Below are positions 59,040 to 64,000 of a DNA stretch of 64,000 nt, one piece after another; position 1 is the first letter of the stretch, and the number at the start of each line of letters is the position of its first letter. Below the pieces are notes generated by a model. It was not told where the DNA came from. It worked only from the letters and a program-made list of their open reading frames with translations, and ran no database searches. The stretch comes from Rhizodiscina lignyota (lineage: Eukaryota). The position numbers and the translations under genes are program-made. The DNA lies in contig ML978123.1 in NCBI GenBank assembly GCA_010015805.1, forward strand, positions 2,232,001 to 2,296,000, read 5' to 3'.

Positions 59040-60486
59040 CTATGGATAAAGCGATTTGAATGGTATAGTCGAAAGTTGTGCGCCTGGGTTCCCGCCCTGA
59101 ATACCAAACAGATTGTAGATCCACTTCATGATGATGAAGAACGATTCTGGCTCGCCCATGTGCTTGATGCCAGGCACGAAGCGTGCTTCCTTCACCGGAC
59201 CGTGTTGAAGTGCAAGATAATAGTCGTCGATGGGGAAGATCTCATCTTCTGTTCCATTGACCAGCAGCAGGCGTGCGCAGCGATCCTTGTCGAGGGTGCC
59301 GTCCTTGAGTAGGGAGAAGCGGTCCGAGGCTTCCTTCTTGAACGCCTCGACATCGTCGCCGTAGCCCCACTTGTAGCAGAGAGTGTTGGCAAGGCTGCAG
59401 GCAATCAGTATTGTCAATATTTCTCGACAGGACTTGAGTTTAAACATACTCGAATGGATACTCAAGGTGGTTCACCTCATCCAACCACTCTCTGTCGAAC
59501 ATATGATGGCACCCACCACCAAGAGACACAACTCCCGCCAATCTGTCCGGGTGCGTGTGTGCAACGCGAATGGCATAGTATCCACCTGTGCTGAACGCCC
59601 ACACGCACAGCCTCTTGCTGTCGATTTTCTTGTTCTGATCACACCAATCCAGCAGCGATGACCACAATCTGTCAGGGCTCTTTGGGTCCTTTGGCGTCGC
59701 AGGGCAGTCGCCCGTGCCTGGAATCTCCACAACAATAACACCGACGCCATTGCGTCTCCATCCCTCCATCCACACTGCCAGCTCAGTCCGGTATCCATCC
59801 AAGCCTGTGAAGATGATCACCACCGGCGCAGGCTTGCTCTCTGACGCATCTTCTGGCAGCTGGAACGCAACAGGAATTTCTTTGCTCTCGCCTTCAATCG
59901 CATTCGTGAACGGGATCTTGACTTCGTGTGCCGGATGTTCTCTCATGCCCATACCCTTGAACGCGCAGTGCTTGCACTGTTCCCAGGCCCAACGCTGCTT
60001 CTCGCTGCGTGGCGCCGGAAAGCGGCTCATGCGGTAGACGGCCGACGCACGCATGTAGTACTCGACGGCCTGCGCTGTGTCTCCAATCTTCTCGGCTTCC
60101 TCGGCCTTGGACTGAAGGTCTTTGGCTTTCGGGAAGAAGACTTCGGCGTATTTGTCCCAGTCGTAGGGCTCTTTCATGCCCAGCTAATCAACACATTTAG
60201 TATGGGGCTGTCGCGTGTACAGGGACGAGGCCGTAGGCAAGGAGGCGGGGCGTACTTTGTCCATCTCTTCGACAATGGGCTCGAAGTCTTTGGCGGCGCC
60301 AAACATGAAAGGGTAGACGCCCATTGTGGCCTGCAAATTGGTTAATTAGACTGGTTGCAAGCAGCAGTTTCGTGGACCTACCGGCTTCTTCCATTTGGTC
60401 TCCCACAACTGCTTGAAGCTCTCATGGTGGGGCGCTGGCGTCTTGAGCTTCTCCTGAATGAAGAACTTCCCTCCTGGTGCAGCCAT
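59040..60486 (-). CDS. ayg1: Ayg1/YG1 polyketide-shortening alpha/beta hydrolase (DHN-melanin pathway), 4 exons
   Basis: PHHESFKQLWETKWKKP|ATMGVYPF, RMSRFP, TGLDGYR, EIPGTGDCP, nucleophile FSTGGYYAIR, RLLLVNGTED and HMGEP. Confidence 0.92.
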
Positions 60487-61087
60487 CTTGTCTCTCCGGG
60501 TCCTTGTTTATAACGAGCGATGTGCGCACCAGCGAAACGCAATAAAGTGGATGAAAACTAGGAAACTCCATTTTCCGCAATACCTAGTACCTACCTATAT
60601 ACGCAAGCACAGACGCGGACCGCGTTGTGGGGGGAGACTCCGCCGACATCCATCTCTCTCGGCGTGCAGTCAAAACCGAAGAGCGTGCCCGCGGCGGGCG
60701 AGAGGGGAGCCGTACGTCAGTCTCCCCATCCTCGCAGGAGTACTACCGTTTGGAAAAGCACTGAGAATTCCTTGGCGCGCATACTCGGACACCCCGAGAG
60801 GACTGCTAAGGCAGGGAGCTCAATTGACAGTGTATTCGTGATTCAAGCTATAAATGAATACCTAAGATGAGAGAACTAAGATCGCGCAGAACGCGTGAAG
60901 AAATCCAAAGGGCTTGGAACGCGCTAAACCCGATCGGGGTTCGCATGTGAGCTGTATGCCTCACGATTATGATATATTTGATTATAGGGTTAAGTGTTAT
61001 GACTTATGTCTAGTTTTATATTTGAGTGTTTTAAGTAGTGTTCTAACAAGCGTGTTTGGCAAGCATCGAGGACTCGAAGCTTAATAG

Positions 61088-61129
61088 CTTAATATTCCGA
61101 CCTTAATATTCCGACCTTAATATTCCGAC
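61088..61129. repeat. Perfect tandem repeat (CTTAATATTCCGAC)x3
   Basis: Three exact 14-bp units at 61088, 61102 and 61116, next to an AT-rich tract. Confidence 0.95.
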
Positions 61130-61357
61130 AGGTTAAAAGACACGCTTTGTGCTCCAACACTAATAGTGTTTGCACTATGCCCTACACAGCGTGGTCTTGA
61201 CATTGATACAGTTGCTGTTCTCCGGTGCTCGGAGTGTTCCTTCAGATCCGATGTCACTAGTCAATATTACCTAGACATAATCGCGTAGGCAGATTCTGAG
61301 GGAAATAATGCGATTTGAGACATCCAGTCTCTTTTGTGAAGGATGGAGGCCCCTACT

Positions 61358-63567
61358 TTACACTATAAGATACAAGCTAGTGATCACGCTAGGGCCGACG
61401 AACAGCCCTATCCAAAACACCACGTTGCCAAGGAGCTTCCGGCCTCTTAAGAGCTTCGTCCGGCTCATGGCGACCAAAGGCAGCTGCATCAGCTGCATAC
61501 AGAATAGATAGCCCCGTACTTTTTTGAACAAGCACCTGCAAATCGTTAGCAACTCTCCCATCAGAATATTAAAGGTAGCACTCACCACATGACCAACTCA
61601 TGCACCAATGCGCTCAATAGAAACGTCGCAAACGTGGCAGTCCCCTTGCTCAGATGGAACGCCGAAATGCTCGAATGATACACATGCCTGAGCAGGAAAT
61701 TATGCACCGGCCGATTCCAATCCCTCGCATACTGATCCCAACTGACGCTATTCCACCAATCACCATAGAAACCACGGTCCGCAAAGCGCGTGAGTTCGGC
61801 CAGAACATTCAGGACACACTCCCAAATGACGTACCACGTGAGCAGCTGCTCCAGCATCATCGGGAACAGCAGGTCCATGCAGATCCACGGGAATTCAACC
61901 CAGCGGTCCGGCAGGCTGAGGCCCGCCCGCTTCATCTCGATAGTCTTGAGGACTAGCGGGTAGATGTAGGCCTGCGAAACAATGATCATGACCCAGATGG
62001 TGCCGAGGCAGGCGGCCGTCTTCTCCGCGACATAGGCCCAGCTGATGCGCTCCTGGCGCGGGTACTCCAGCTCGTAGACCAACGTGGGCAGACAGACCCA
62101 GTCAGCCCAGTTGGCAACAGTCAGATTAGACGGATACGTGTTGCGCGTATCAGTGCACTTCCCATCAAGCTCCTCGGAGAGGCGCTGGCGCTCATTTTGC
62201 AGAACTCGTTCAAATGCCTCCATCTGGGATTGATCAAGTGACGAGCCGGCCTCGATGGCGGATGCAATGGATGACACTTCAGACTTCTCCTTGGCGAGGT
62301 TCGTGGATGCCGCGGAGGGATTGGACTGGCCGCGACGACGGGTAGTTTGTGTCGGTGTGGCCTCGGAGTTGGGAGAAGCGGCGTCGTCTAGGGCGCTCGA
62401 GAAAGAAAATGGAGGCTTGGTCTGTGTGGTTGGGCTGGCGACGGGGGACATCTGGCCTAGTTGGCGGAGTTTGTGTTCTACTATTCGCTTACGTCGGTAG
62501 ACTTGTGATACTGAAGGATTTGTTAGCCAAGGAAATAGAGGAGTAAATGAGCAATTCTCACGGTAGCCGTTGTAAAAGGCATAACTGTGCTGTTTCATGA
62601 GAAAAACGAGACCATGGAGGACGGTGAAAATCGTATGAGTCCACGGCCATTCTCGATAGTATGTCCACCATATCACTGCTCCGAGGTAGAAAGACTGCCA
62701 TAGGTTCTGGATGATCCATCCGCTGCTATTCCAGCTGAGATAGCCTTTTGCTATTATCTTTTGCAGTAGCACCCCTACCATTGTGCTAGCACACATGACG
62801 CCGTCTGTAACTCCCAGCATAAGCAACTCTCGGTCCGTCATCATGTGCAGAATCTCAGCTCGTCCGAGAATGCTCCCATAGTCTCTCCAATTGTGTGTCG
62901 CGATTCTGAGTAAGAGCATGAACATGCACAGCCAGAAGAGCGTGAAGAAGCCATAAAATGGCGACTCGCTACTGAGCGGGTTCTGACGGTCAAAGGTGGT
63001 GAATTGTCTTGTAAACACAAGGTCCCGAAACCTCTTGCGCTTCTTCGGATCGATCGACTCTTGCTCGATGGTGTGCCGCAGTATATCTCGAATCTCCGGA
63101 TCCTCCGCCGTCAAGACATAACGTCCTTTCTTATCTGTCTTCTCTAACACGACATGTATGCTTTTCCGCCGCTTGAGCTGTGGCTTGCCATTTGCCTCGT
63201 CCGAACGTGAGGAGCGTCGAATCTCGATAGCGCTTCTGATCTCGCCCGGCCCCGGGCTAGATGCCCTTGATCCATCCAGCGTATCAATTTTCAATTCTGC
63301 CTGATGTTCTACACCGGCCCCTCTGCTGCCAGACACGACAGCGCTGGCGTCTAGCTTCATGGTGTCATAGTCCTCTTCGTCAGAAGTACTCGAGGGCTCG
63401 CCGCTCCACTCCCCAGCGCTGTGCTCCAAGGAAGAAGGGTCGTGTTCGTCAAGCAATGAATCGAATGCGGCGCTGGAGCCATTTAATTGCGTATGGCCGT
63501 TAATATGGGGCGAGGTGGACATTGATGTCAGCTGCTCCTGAGTGTCTTTCCGCACGTCTCCAGCCAT
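61358..63567 (-). CDS. ARE2: Sterol O-acyltransferase (MBOAT; Are1/Are2-like), 3 exons
   Basis: FTRQFTTFDRQN, MKQHSYAFYNG, PTLVYELEYPR, FADRGFYGDWWNS, WNRPVHNFL.RHVY, SALVHE and GNVVFW. Introns 62511-62561 and about 61536-61585. Confidence 0.93.
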
Positions 63568-64000
63568 GGCGGCGTGTTTGTGTTGTTCCACTTCTGTGAT
63601 TTTAAGGTCTGACGCAAAACTTGCAAGTGGCCCCCGGCGCAAGGATGAATCCCGGCGGCCGCCTGCGTTACTTCAAAGGTGTTGCGTGGATGTGGAGCTC
63701 GCGTGCTCTGCGGAGGAAAGTATTAGGCGCATTACTCGAGCTTAAGCTCAGGTCTTACGACATGATCGGAAGAGCGCGGAGGTGAGAAGGATTCAGGGCG
63801 GAGGCCCGAGTGCGCCGAGGCGCAATTGACATACGTAGAGCAATCATGATGAAGGCAGCTATGCCATGAATTTTGGAGCACATCTATACTACGCGCGGCG
63901 TGGGTTGCGACCGCTGATTGAGTCGGTGATGCATTAGCCGGTCCAACAATGACGCTACCCCTGCCTGCCTGCACTTTAGGCTCTTGGGCTGCACCTGCAT

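Noticed and set aside
61088..61129. Repeat as a CRISPR array
   Set aside because: No spacers, 14-bp unit, eukaryotic context, no cas genes.

Overview
Gene-dense 64 kb of a filamentous ascomycete (Pezizomycotina) nuclear genome with short GT-AG introns and CTAAC-type branch points; class-level taxonomy cannot be fixed from this window. The left ~20 kb is accessory-like. It holds a probable LTR-retrotransposon 3' end, an ECM15/UPF0045 gene, a tannase/feruloyl esterase, a frameshifted pseudogene and an APH-like phosphotransferase followed by a 398-bp hAT-type MITE with a perfect 8-bp TSD. It also has MARVEL, cyclase, Cys-rich, EthD-like, YibF-like GST and thioesterase genes. The centre is housekeeping: MRM2, MSH2, a CYP52-clan P450, ADA1, GCN1, a DHX29-like helicase, arginase and NDH-2. 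The right part has a divergent Zn2Cys6 TF/unspecific peroxygenase pair, KXD1, a small protein with MPLKIP/TTDN1-like and 'MGF.SFG' spliceosomal motifs, the melanin hydrolase Ayg1 and a sterol acyltransferase. No tRNA, rRNA or CRISPR was found. Gene coordinates span first to last codon including introns and were worked out by eye; family calls rest on recalled motifs, not database searches. The best novelty candidates are the putative fungal MPLKIP-like lariat-debranching adaptor, the overlapping uORF on GCN1 in a GCN1/DHX29 head-to-head pair, the TF-UPO module and the MITE.
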